A stretch of DNA of 64,000 nucleotides from positions 32,001-96,000 of the forward strand of contig JAHQWK010000008.1 in assembly GCA_029856145.1 (NCBI GenBank), given 5' to 3'. The DNA is from Promethearchaeia archaeon (GTDB lineage: Archaea; Asgardarchaeota; Lokiarchaeia; Sigyniarchaeales; SOKP01). Below, piece by piece: positions 48,275 to 57,144 of the stretch (positions are counted from its first letter, which is position 1; the number at the start of each line of letters is the position of its first letter). A program made the position numbers and the translations under genes. The notes beneath the pieces are model-generated. The model was not told where the DNA came from. It did no database searches and saw only the letters and a list, made by a program, of their open reading frames with translations.

Positions 48275-49372
48275 TTAATATGATTTAAATTCCCATTTAT
48301 CTAAATGCATATACATCGACCTTAGAATACTTGTTGTGTATGGCTCTCCGGATATTTCTTTAATATCTAGGAAAGCTTTTGTTATGTGTTTACAGAACTT
48401 CATACTCTTCATTCTTTTATTTATATAATTAGGACAGTCATGCTTAATAATTCTATTTTTTAAATCAATAAGTAAATTGTAATCTTGTCTCGATCCTGCA
48501 ATAACACTAAAAATTGTTTCACTGTTTACCATACCCCGAGTTTTCAGTTTAACATTCTTAATTTTTCGATTTTCGCGATCTACGTCTAATCTCGAGAAAT
48601 ACGTGATTAAATCCTCAAAACATAATTCTTTTGAACTCATTAATTCAGGGATAGGCCATTTGTCAAAAAGCATGTGCCTTCCAGCGACTAAAATATTAAT
48701 CTCTCCTGCATTTATTTCTTTAAGTGCTCTTGATAGATCCCATACCGTGGACCCAACTGTGAACACATCATCTATTATTAATACATCTTTTTCTTGGAGA
48801 TCATTAACATCTATTTTGTGAACCCCTTGGATATCATTAAATCGTTCTTCTAGTGTTTTTCCTTTATTTTTTCCTGTATCTTTCAATTTAAATGTTTTTT
48901 CAATAATACTTTCTAAATTAAATCCCAATTTTTTCAATTTTTTTAAAAAGGGATTAACAAGGTAAATGCATTGATTTTTCTCGTCTCTATTATACTTAGG
49001 GGGTATCGTTATATATGCTGTATTTTCAAATAAATCAATATTTTGGGTAAAGATGTAGGATAACCCATCTGCTAACAGTTTTCCCGCATATTTTTTAAAT
49101 TTTTCTCCTTTTTTAAATTTTAAAAGAGAAATAAGTTCAGAAAGAATGTTAATCGGGATTTTATAATTACCAATTTCATAAGCATGATATATACCTAATG
49201 TTTTGACTTTGTTAAAATACCATTCCTTAACTATATCGGGTGGAAGTGAGCAATTCAAGCATAAATCTAGACCTTTTTCCACTTGATTCATACACTTTAA
49301 GCAGAAAGGTTCTTGAATTAATCTTATTGGAATTTTCCCCTCGAGATAATAGGTATCCTTAAGATTTGTCAT
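48275..49372 (-). CDS. ComF-like phosphoribosyltransferase with N-terminal double Zn ribbon and C-terminal SWIM-like finger
   Basis: CLKC..CLNC; ERFNDIQG; PRPP-binding VLIIDDVFTVGST; HDCPNY...FCKHI. Confidence 0.85.
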   Translation of the reverse strand: MTNLKDTYYLEGKIPIRLIQEPFCLKCMNQVEKGLDLCLNCSLPPDIVKEWYFNKVKTLGIYHAYEIGNYKIPINILSELISLLKFKKGEKFKKYAGKLLADGLSYIFTQNIDLFENTAYITIPPKYNRDEKNQCIYLVNPFLKKLKKLGFNLESIIEKTFKLKDTGKNKGKTLEERFNDIQGVHKIDVNDLQEKDVLIIDDVFTVGSTVWDLSRALKEINAGEINILVAGRHMLFDKWPIPELMSSKELCFEDLITYFSRLDVDRENRKIKNVKLKTRGMVNSETIFSVIAGSRQDYNLLIDLKNRIIKHDCPNYINKRMKSMKFCKHITKAFLDIKEISGEPYTTSILRSMYMHLDKWEFKSY

Positions 49373-49397
49373 TTATGTTTCAAGAAAAAGAAAGTTA

Positions 49398-50408
49398 CTA
49401 ATATTTAAAAAGATTAGTTTGAACAACTGAATCTTTTTCTTTAGATTTTATTTGCTCTCTTTCTTCATATTCGAATAAGAGCATTTCTGCTATATAATCA
49501 ACATCATTTACATTACTAATTTTAGCTCCCCCCTTCTCCTTGATGATTTTGTTAGGAACATAAGCTTGCTCACATTCTTCAATTGGTTCTACTGCGATTG
49601 CTGGTTTTCCTTGTTCATCCCCAAAGCGTAACTGCCATTGAGTTCCACTAAACTTGTTTCCTTCCACAACAATATTTCCTAACCCTAATCCGCTTGTAAT
49701 TCGGTTCCTTATCTGCAATGCGCGTTTAGTTACGCTTTTGTAAGGGAATCTTTCAGATATTAAAGCTCCATTTGTCACAAGTTCCTTCACTAGTCTTTGA
49801 TTTTCTTTAGGATAAAGATTTAATATTCCGGAGGCAATAACACCTATAGCTCTCCCCCCGTTTTCAAGAGCACTCTCTATTGCGATTGTGTCGATACCTC
49901 TTGCGAATCCGCTGACAACCGTAAATCCTAATTCTGAGAATCTTTTTGCTATTGATCTTGCCATTTCTTTTCCATATTTTGTTGGATTTCTGGAGCCAAT
50001 AATTGCAACTGCTTTAAAATCTTGAGGATTAATTTCACCTTTTATAAATATTAGTTTTGGAGGTTGCTTAAGGAATTTTAAAATGGGAGGGTATCCTGTA
50101 TCAAAATAACTGAAACATTTTATTTGATTACTTTCACAAATTCTTAAATCTTGTTCTATTCTGTTAAAAACCTTGTTACTTTTTCTTTTTCCGAATTTGG
50201 TTATTTTCTCATCAAGCCCTCTAATTTGGGCGTTAAAATTGGTTTTTAAGCTTAGAAGGAATGACTTAAACTTATTTTCAGAAAAAGAAACAATTTCATT
50301 AAAGGAAAAGTCGTTCTTCTTAATGATTTTCAGGACAGATAACGGGAGTGATACTTCTCTACTTAAAAAAATGTAATCAATTAAATTTGACTGTTCCAGA
50401 ATTATCAC
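49398..50408 (-). CDS. dprA: DNA-processing protein DprA/Smf
   Basis: YPPILK..QPPKLIFIKG, VAIIGSRNPTKYG, VVSGFARGIDT, YPKEN, RNRITSGL, VVEG. Confidence 0.93.
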   Translation of the reverse strand: MIILEQSNLIDYIFLSREVSLPLSVLKIIKKNDFSFNEIVSFSENKFKSFLLSLKTNFNAQIRGLDEKITKFGKRKSNKVFNRIEQDLRICESNQIKCFSYFDTGYPPILKFLKQPPKLIFIKGEINPQDFKAVAIIGSRNPTKYGKEMARSIAKRFSELGFTVVSGFARGIDTIAIESALENGGRAIGVIASGILNLYPKENQRLVKELVTNGALISERFPYKSVTKRALQIRNRITSGLGLGNIVVEGNKFSGTQWQLRFGDEQGKPAIAVEPIEECEQAYVPNKIIKEKGGAKISNVNDVDYIAEMLLFEYEEREQIKSKEKDSVVQTNLFKY

Positions 50409-50644
50409 ACTATTTGGAAGCTAAAAATTGTATAAAACTATATACAGAGAGTAAGTTTTTTAATCTTCTTATTCATTAATGATTAATTTTCAATATAAGA
50501 TTAATCATTAATCTTTTTAAATTGTTTTTCTTTACCGAATCTTCTTTTTAATTTATACTTATAAAAATTAATTGAACAAAAAGCTTATCATTTTCTTTTA
50601 TACACATAGTTCCAGATATTATGTTGTATAATAAATTAGACAAG

Positions 50645-50754
50645 AGAAAAGTAAAAGGGTCAGTTCCCCGACAAGTCCTTTAATAGAATGAGTAGGTGAG
50701 GTGAGTATTCGAAGGAATGAATCAGGGAACTGATGGTAGAATTGTGTGTTCAGT
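50645..50754 (+). repeat. Structured dispersed repeat, full copy
   Basis: Near-identical to 53275-53380. Confidence 0.95.
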
Positions 50755-50819
50755 AAATGTGATTTTATTAGAAAAAATAAAAGTAAGATTTTTTACGCAT
50801 TGGCTAAATTCTACATATA

Positions 50820-51878
50820 TTATTCTTTTGAAGATGGATAATCACACTTAGTAGTTGGTTTAGTTTTCAATGCCAAGCGTTCTCGTTTCCAATCTTCTAT
50901 TCCCACGACTTTAAGGTTTTTTAAGAGTTCAAGTCCCTCAAAATTTTCAACAGGATTATCCCATAAACTTAGTTCCCTTAAATTAACTAAATTCTCAACA
51001 TTTTGCGTCTGCATTATTTTATTGTTGCTTAAATCTAAGTCTTCTAATTTCCATAACGAATCTAACCCCTCAATCTCAGAAATTTTGTTTTGTGCTAAGC
51101 TCAATCGCTTTAAATTTAGCAGACTTTCCAATCCTTTTATCTTAGAAATTTCATTTGCATCCAAATACAAATATTCCAAATTCTTAAGACTTTCTAGACC
51201 TTGTATTTCTTTAATTTTATTAGCACCAAGAATTAATTCTTTTAAATTACGTAAATTCTCAAGACCTTTTATCTTAGAAATTTCATTTCTATCTAAATAC
51301 AGATATTCTAAGTTCCTGAGACTCTCTAAACCTTCTAGTTCTTTAATTTTATTAGAACTGAGAATTAATTTCTTCAAATTATTTAAATTCTCAAGACCTT
51401 TGATTTCTGTAATATTATTCTCGTGAATGTTTAAAATCTCTAATTTTCTGAGCTCCTCCAGCCCTTTTATCTCAGTAATTTCATTTTGAGTGAGAATTAA
51501 CTTTTTTAAGCTAATTAAAGTGCCAAGCCCTTCTATATTTTTGATGGGATTACCATGATAATTAGCATCTCCAAAGTATAAACCTTCTAATTTCCTAAGG
51601 TTCGCTATTCCTTCAACCTTGGTAACGTAGTTCCCACTTATGTTTAAGAATTTTAGGTCTGTAAGATTCTCAAGATTCTCAAGTTTATCAATAATATTTC
51701 CCATAAGATACAATACTTCTAAATTATTCAATGTATCCAACCCCTCAACCTCAGAAAGACTACACGGAATAGTTATAAGCTCTAACTTATTATTATGAGC
51801 AAAATATTTTTTTCCTCGAATAATAGCATACTCTTCAGAATTTTTATCTGCCATCTCCAAGATATTTTTACGAAACAT
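50820..51878 (-). CDS. Leucine-rich repeat protein (SDS22/internalin-like), paralog 1
   Basis: 22-aa repeats LxxLxLxxNxIxxIxGLxxLxx. Confidence 0.95.
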   Translation of the reverse strand: MFRKNILEMADKNSEEYAIIRGKKYFAHNNKLELITIPCSLSEVEGLDTLNNLEVLYLMGNIIDKLENLENLTDLKFLNISGNYVTKVEGIANLRKLEGLYFGDANYHGNPIKNIEGLGTLISLKKLILTQNEITEIKGLEELRKLEILNIHENNITEIKGLENLNNLKKLILSSNKIKELEGLESLRNLEYLYLDRNEISKIKGLENLRNLKELILGANKIKEIQGLESLKNLEYLYLDANEISKIKGLESLLNLKRLSLAQNKISEIEGLDSLWKLEDLDLSNNKIMQTQNVENLVNLRELSLWDNPVENFEGLELLKNLKVVGIEDWKRERLALKTKPTTKCDYPSSKE

Positions 51879-51956
51879 ACCTATATATATTTATGGGCAG
51901 TGATAACTATGAGAGTTCCATAAAAATAAAGAAATTAATTATTTCTAATATTCTTT

Positions 51957-52063
51957 AAAAAAGTAAAGGGTCAGTTCCCCGAAAAGTCCTTGAATAAAAC
52001 GAGTGGATGAGGTGAGTATTCAACGGAAAGGCGCAGGGAACTGGTGATAGAATTGTGTGTTCA
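51957..52063 (+). repeat. Structured dispersed repeat, full (diverged) copy
   Basis: Same arms; internal substitutions (ttgaata/tattcaa inner stem). Confidence 0.93.
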
Positions 52064-52126
52064 TGTTATCAAATTTAATTTTACTAGAAAAAATAAAAGT
52101 AAGATTACTTACGCATTAGCTAAATT

Positions 52127-53194
52127 TTACGTATAATATTCTTTTGAAGATGGATAATCACACTTAGTAGTTGGTTTAGTTTTCAATGCCAAACGCTCTC
52201 GTTTCCAATCTTCTATTCCCACGAATCGAAGATTTTTCAAGGAATTAAGCCCTCCAAACTCTTCAATAGGATTTTTCTCTAAAGTGATTACTTCTAAATT
52301 TGCTAAATTCTCAAGACCTTGAATTTGGGTTATGTTGTTCTCATCTAGCGCTAGACTTTCTAACTTCCATAACGAATCTAACCCCTCAATCTCAGAAATC
52401 TTGTTTTGTGTTAAACTCAATCGCTTCAAATTTAGTAGACCTTCCAACCCTTTTATCTTAGAAATTTGATTTCGTTCTAATTCTAAATGCTGCAAATTCC
52501 TGAGGTTATTTAAACCTTTGATTTCTTTAATTTTATTAGATTCAAGAACTAATTGTTTTAGATTGCTTAATTTATCAAGACCTTTGATCTCTGAAATTTT
52601 ATTCATGCCTAAATCTAATAATTCCAATTTTTTAAGGTTATCTAAACCTTTTATTTCCCTAATTTCATTAAGACCGAGATATAATTCTCTCAAATTGCTT
52701 AGTTTATCAAGACCTTTAATTTCTGTTATTTTATTTTGATCTAATTGTAAGATCTCTAAATTTCTAAGGTATTCTAACCCCTTTATCTCAAATATTTCAT
52801 TTTGAAAGAAAGAAAGCTTCTTTAAGTTGGTTAACGTGTTTAATCCTTTAATTTCTGAAATGGGATTGCCATGATTATTACCGTCTCCAAACCATAAAGT
52901 CTCTAGATTCGTTAAATTTTCTAAACCTTCGATATCAGTAATATAATTTCCACTTAAAATCAAAAGCTTTAAGTTCGTGAGGGCCTTTAGATTTTCAAGT
53001 CTCTCAATGCTATTAGTATTGAGAACCAATGTTCTTAAATTTTCTAAATTCTCGAGGCCTTCAATTTCAGAAAGACTACATGTGACATCAATGAGCTCTA
53101 ATACATTATCACAAATAAAATGTTTCTTTCCACGAATAAGAACATATTCCTCAGAATTTTTGTCTGCCATCTCTAAGATATTTTTACGAAGCAC
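52127..53194 (-). CDS. Leucine-rich repeat protein (SDS22-like), paralog 2
   Basis: Same repeat type; N-terminus and last ~28 aa nearly identical to paralog 1. Confidence 0.95.
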   Translation of the reverse strand: MLRKNILEMADKNSEEYVLIRGKKHFICDNVLELIDVTCSLSEIEGLENLENLRTLVLNTNSIERLENLKALTNLKLLILSGNYITDIEGLENLTNLETLWFGDGNNHGNPISEIKGLNTLTNLKKLSFFQNEIFEIKGLEYLRNLEILQLDQNKITEIKGLDKLSNLRELYLGLNEIREIKGLDNLKKLELLDLGMNKISEIKGLDKLSNLKQLVLESNKIKEIKGLNNLRNLQHLELERNQISKIKGLEGLLNLKRLSLTQNKISEIEGLDSLWKLESLALDENNITQIQGLENLANLEVITLEKNPIEEFGGLNSLKNLRFVGIEDWKRERLALKTKPTTKCDYPSSKEYYT

Positions 53195-53274
53195 ACCTAT
53201 ATATATTTATGGGCAGTGATAACTATGAGAATTCCATAAAAATAAGGAAATTAATCATTTCTAATATTCTTTTA

Positions 53275-53380
53275 AAAAGTAGAAGGTCAGTTCCCCGACA
53301 AGTCCTTTAATAGAATGAGTGGGTGAGGTGAGTATTCAAAGGAATGAATCAGGGAACTGATGATAGAATTGTGTGTTCAG
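53275..53380 (+). repeat. Structured dispersed repeat, full copy
   Basis: TCAGTTCCC...GGGAACTGA outer stem; TCCTTT.AATA/TATT.AAAGGA inner stem. Confidence 0.95.
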
Positions 53381-53424
53381 CTCAGTAATTTTGAATTTAC
53401 CAGAAAAAATAAAAGTAAGATTAC

Positions 53425-53691
53425 TTACGCATTAGCCAAATATTCGTTTAGCACGATGTTTAATTCTACTTCTGAGTTTTGGATCTTCTTCAACAGATTC
53501 CTCAGTCCATACTCATTTAATAGTAGCTCGATGAGATTCTTATAAACTGCGGTAATATTATCTTTACCAGCTTCATAATAAAATTTATCATCACTAAGGG
53601 TAAGATCTAAAAGATCATATAAACCTTTCAAGGCGTCCTTTATATTTTCAAAATTCCTTACTGCTTTTTCTTTCGTTTTTGAACTATTCAT
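53425..53691 (-). CDS. Hypothetical helical protein (88 aa)
   Basis: ATG with strong SD TGAGGTGAG and an upstream TTTATATA box; its C-terminal codons recur elsewhere with synonymous changes. Confidence 0.85.
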   Translation of the reverse strand: MNSSKTKEKAVRNFENIKDALKGLYDLLDLTLSDDKFYYEAGKDNITAVYKNLIELLLNEYGLRNLLKKIQNSEVELNIVLNEYLANA

Positions 53692-53722
53692 TTAACTTAC
53701 TCACCTCAATATTATTATGTAA

Positions 53723-53746
53723 ATGATCATATATAAAGATGATCAT
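53723..53746 (-). promoter_or_regulatory. TATA box flanked by two ATGATCAT palindromes
   Basis: atgatcat-atataaag-atgatcat about 32-55 bp upstream of the 88-aa gene start. Confidence 0.55.
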
Positions 53747-53958
53747 TATGCATAATTTTTCCGTCGTAGAACATATATCAGTATAGTGGGATTGATCACC
53801 CCTCGTCGATCTCAATTATATTTTTTTTACTAATTTAATCATTGAAGGAAATCTCAATTATAATGATGTCAATATACATTAATTTCGATAGCGAAGATTG
53901 ATCATTAATAACGAAAATCATTAATTGATATTGATTTTTGATTGAAAAACAAAATTAA

Positions 53959-54198
53959 AAAAAAGAATTAATTTCTGTATTATTCTCTTTAGGTTCTGGT
54001 TTAATAGCATTATTACTTGCGAAATATACTGTATTATATCTCGGAGGTCATGGGAAAACACCAAAAAATCAACCTACAGGGAATCTAAAAGGTTTTAAAC
54101 AGGATGATAAAAGCACTGCTGCACTATTATTTGGCATTGGGAGTTTATTGATGGGAATGTTATTTCTAGAACTAGGTTGTGCCTTGGCTGACGAATAA
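53959..54198 (+). pseudogene. 5'-truncated hydrophobic remnant resembling the C-terminus of 55707..57017
   Basis: Open frame KKELISVLFSLGSGLIALLLAKYTVLYLGG...STAALLFGIGSLLMGMLFLELGCALADE* with no start codon near its 5' end. Confidence 0.55.
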
Positions 54199-54361
54199 AA
54201 AATCTCAAAAAATAATTTATAAAAAACATTTTTTTTATATATAAATATAAGTCTCTTAATTTTCAATTTATAAATAAAGACACAAACAAATTGATCTAAT
54301 TTAAGATTGAAAAACCTTTATGAAAATAAATCATAATCATTAAAAATTAAAAATTAGAAGC

Positions 54362-55339
54362 ATGAAAATAAAAATAAGAACAGCAAAATATAAACATAGT
54401 GGAGAACCTTTACAATTTAAAAAAATTGATATAGAATGTAAAGGCGCAGGAGTAAAAGAGGATCCATTTATATTGGATTCTTCTTCAGATATCCCTAATG
54501 ATTTTGAAATATTAGAATCTAAAGTACACATAATTATAAAAAATTGTCATGTTAACTCTTTAGTGTTAGGATATTCTAAGAACATCACTATAAAAGAGTG
54601 TTCTTTTAGAGCTGTATTTTTATACCATTGTGCTGATATAACAATAAATAAATGTCATATTAATTTTATGACTCTCAATGTATGTCGAAATTGCTTATTA
54701 AAGAATTCAAAATTCGATACAGAATTCAAGATATTTAAATGTTATAACAACACATTTAAAGCATGTGAATGGGATATATTTTTTGATTCAAATGACTTAA
54801 GTAGAGGAAATATCCTTGAAAGTATTGATGATCCTTTTATTGAAGATATCTTAGAAATACAAAAACCTTTAGTAAAAACAACAGATTCGTTTGCTATTTC
54901 AACATCTACTTTTTGGCATGGCGTTATTTTAAAAGATATCGAATGTCAAGGAACTGGAACAGTAAAGGATCCCATTATAATTGATAATTCAAATGTAAAA
55001 AAAATTGACCTAAAAGATATTGTAATATACCATAATAGACATCATGTTATCTTTAGAAACTTAACATTAAAAAAAATAAAGATATATGACAGTAAACATG
55101 TGACACTTGAAGGTTGTGATATTTCAAAGTCAATTCATCTAAAATTTTGTTCAGATATTAAAATTAGATCAATTTCAATGAAATTATTAAAATTTGGTGC
55201 ATGTCAAGATACATTCGTAGAAAACTCTGAAATTAAAGAACTTGATATATATAAAGGATATGAAGGATTTGTAAATTTAAGTAAATGTACTTTTAATAAA
55301 ACAAACGAAAACACTATTAAACATATCATATTTTCTTAG
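54362..55339 (+). CDS. Right-handed beta-helix protein, internally duplicated
   Basis: Two IECxGxGxxxDPxIxD modules, each followed by (S/C)xNITIxxC-type parallel beta-helix repeats; no signal peptide. Confidence 0.8.
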   Translation: MKIKIRTAKYKHSGEPLQFKKIDIECKGAGVKEDPFILDSSSDIPNDFEILESKVHIIIKNCHVNSLVLGYSKNITIKECSFRAVFLYHCADITINKCHINFMTLNVCRNCLLKNSKFDTEFKIFKCYNNTFKACEWDIFFDSNDLSRGNILESIDDPFIEDILEIQKPLVKTTDSFAISTSTFWHGVILKDIECQGTGTVKDPIIIDNSNVKKIDLKDIVIYHNRHHVIFRNLTLKKIKIYDSKHVTLEGCDISKSIHLKFCSDIKIRSISMKLLKFGACQDTFVENSEIKELDIYKGYEGFVNLSKCTFNKTNENTIKHIIFS

Positions 55340-55706
55340 AGAGATACAAAGGTTCATTTTTTTTTTAAATCTTAGCTACTATTTCCGAATCTCTTTTTTT
55401 CAATTTTTCACTGACAATTTCTATATAGTATAAAAATAAACGTCCAGTTAAATTAATGATAAATGAGGAAATTGTTAGATAACTTAGATTATTAGCTCCT
55501 CTGCCTTCCCCTCTAATACCGATAAAATTAAAGTTCCAATCATATAAAACATCACTGTTATTAGCTTCTATTATAATAATAATTGATATAGTTGTAAGAA
55601 TTATACAAGAAAGTGATGCCTAGTTAATCAAAAATAATATTTTCGTCAAGGAAAAATTACAATATCTAAATATAATGCTAAATATTTTAATTTCAAAACA
55701 AGAGAC

Positions 55707-57017
55707 GTGTCTACCAAATTGAACGGCACTTCCGCGGTCATGATGAACTTACCGATTTCTGTGCTCCAATATGTCCCCTGGTTCTGTGACTTCTCTAATT
55801 CTCCGATGGGCGCAAAGCCCGAAACCTTCGGAGAATGGTTCTGGAAACCGCTGGTCGCTCTAGCGAAAGCAATTGTCGGCGTCTTTGTCACCATAGTAAT
55901 GGCTATCGTAGAACTTGTAAAGTTGATCATCGATTTCTTTATCCAAATTTTCATGGACATCTTACCAATTCTAGGATATATACTATGGCTAATAATTCGC
56001 ACATTAATATTAATTTTCATTTGGATAATGTTTGTATTTACACTTTTAACAATATTAATTTTGTTGGTATCAACAATCGGATTAGGTCTTATCTTAGATA
56101 TATTTATGAATCTTGATATTAAGACTTCTTCAAATAGCGTAATTATAAGTGGTGATCTTTATTTATCCTTCAATTACAATATAGCTATAGAATATAATGA
56201 TTTTCTTTGTTTTTATATCCCTTCAATTAAGGCTTATCTTAATACTACTGATTTTGTTCTTGAATATTCTTTTAATTTTGGCTCAACAGATTTAAATATT
56301 ATAGAATTTAACAACTCACTGTTTGATGATTTATCTGAAAGTGGGCCAAATCAATCTTCAGAATCACTTCCAAAAATAAGTGGTATTTCATCGGTATTTA
56401 GCAATGGATTTGAATTTCTCTCTGGTTTAGGTTTTACAATGTCAGCGCTAGGAATACTTGTTGGTTTACAAGCAGGTATTTTAGCATTTAACTCAAATGA
56501 TCTTTATAACAACATAATATTTATCGTAGGAATTGCTTTATTCATAGCCAGTGTAATATTATTAGTTATTAAAATTTTGATTGATCCAGAAGAATTTTCA
56601 CAATGGATGCTTTGGGGTATGGGAGTAGGATGTATTATTTCTGCAATTAGGTTTTTCAAAACGAAAGATTACATTGATGATACCTTTCAATATAAAGCTT
56701 GGCATAGAAAAAAAGCCGGAGATAAAGATTTCTTTTCTATGCTCAAAAATATAAAGCTCATATGTGGTGGTGTTGGGTTTGGTTTAAGTATTGCAGAAAT
56801 GTTTGGTGATTGGGATGATAATGAAATATATAAGGTATGTTCAGCAATATTTTCGGTAATAGCAGGTTGTTTATCTCTAAAACTTGCAAATCATGCTTTG
56901 ATTATGTTAAAGGGGAAAAATAGAACTTACAAAACTAGAATTGCAGGTATTTATGGAGGAGGAAGTCTTATCCTAGCAGCAATCCTCTTTTCAATTGCGG
57001 CATGGAGTAATAATTAA
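55707..57017 (+). CDS. Multi-pass membrane protein, probably a detached C-terminal module of a larger protein
   Basis: 436 aa, GTG start without SD, long amphipathic/hydrophobic helices, sharp GC drop after the first ~250 bp. Confidence 0.75.
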   Translation: MSTKLNGTSAVMMNLPISVLQYVPWFCDFSNSPMGAKPETFGEWFWKPLVALAKAIVGVFVTIVMAIVELVKLIIDFFIQIFMDILPILGYILWLIIRTLILIFIWIMFVFTLLTILILLVSTIGLGLILDIFMNLDIKTSSNSVIISGDLYLSFNYNIAIEYNDFLCFYIPSIKAYLNTTDFVLEYSFNFGSTDLNIIEFNNSLFDDLSESGPNQSSESLPKISGISSVFSNGFEFLSGLGFTMSALGILVGLQAGILAFNSNDLYNNIIFIVGIALFIASVILLVIKILIDPEEFSQWMLWGMGVGCIISAIRFFKTKDYIDDTFQYKAWHRKKAGDKDFFSMLKNIKLICGGVGFGLSIAEMFGDWDDNEIYKVCSAIFSVIAGCLSLKLANHALIMLKGKNRTYKTRIAGIYGGGSLILAAILFSIAAWSNN

Positions 57018-57144
57018 AAATAAATTTATAACAAATTTTTTTTTATAATATTATAGAAATTGCATTATTAGAACTTAATTAACAGGACATAATATTTATA
57101 AATTATAAAATAATCATCCAAATAGTTTTAAAGTAAAGTGGAGT

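Larger units (their letters stand above)
50645..53441. repeat. Tandem duplication: two ~1.3-kb units [repeat + 88-aa-gene 3' remnant + LRR + promoter] plus a third terminal repeat
   Basis: Upstream regions ~51870-51963 and ~53186-53280 are near-identical; tag agaaaaaataaaagtaagatt...ttacgcatt(a/g)gc follows each repeat. Confidence 0.9.

Noticed and set aside
53275-53380. Repeat as C/D-box sRNA, tRNA or peptide-coding unit
   Set aside because: TGATGA and CTGA overlap in the wrong order; no cloverleaf; the internal ATG is lost in the 48099 and 51957 copies.
53360-53545. ORF 53360..53545 (+); likewise 47789..47983, 43406..43594, 25911..26153, 54069..54266
   Set aside because: They arise from repeat or low-complexity intergenic DNA or overlap better-supported features.
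55366-55619. Start-less ~85-codon hydrophobic frame on the minus strand
   Set aside because: May be another gene remnant, but I see no similarity to anything in the window and AT-rich DNA readily gives hydrophobic frames.
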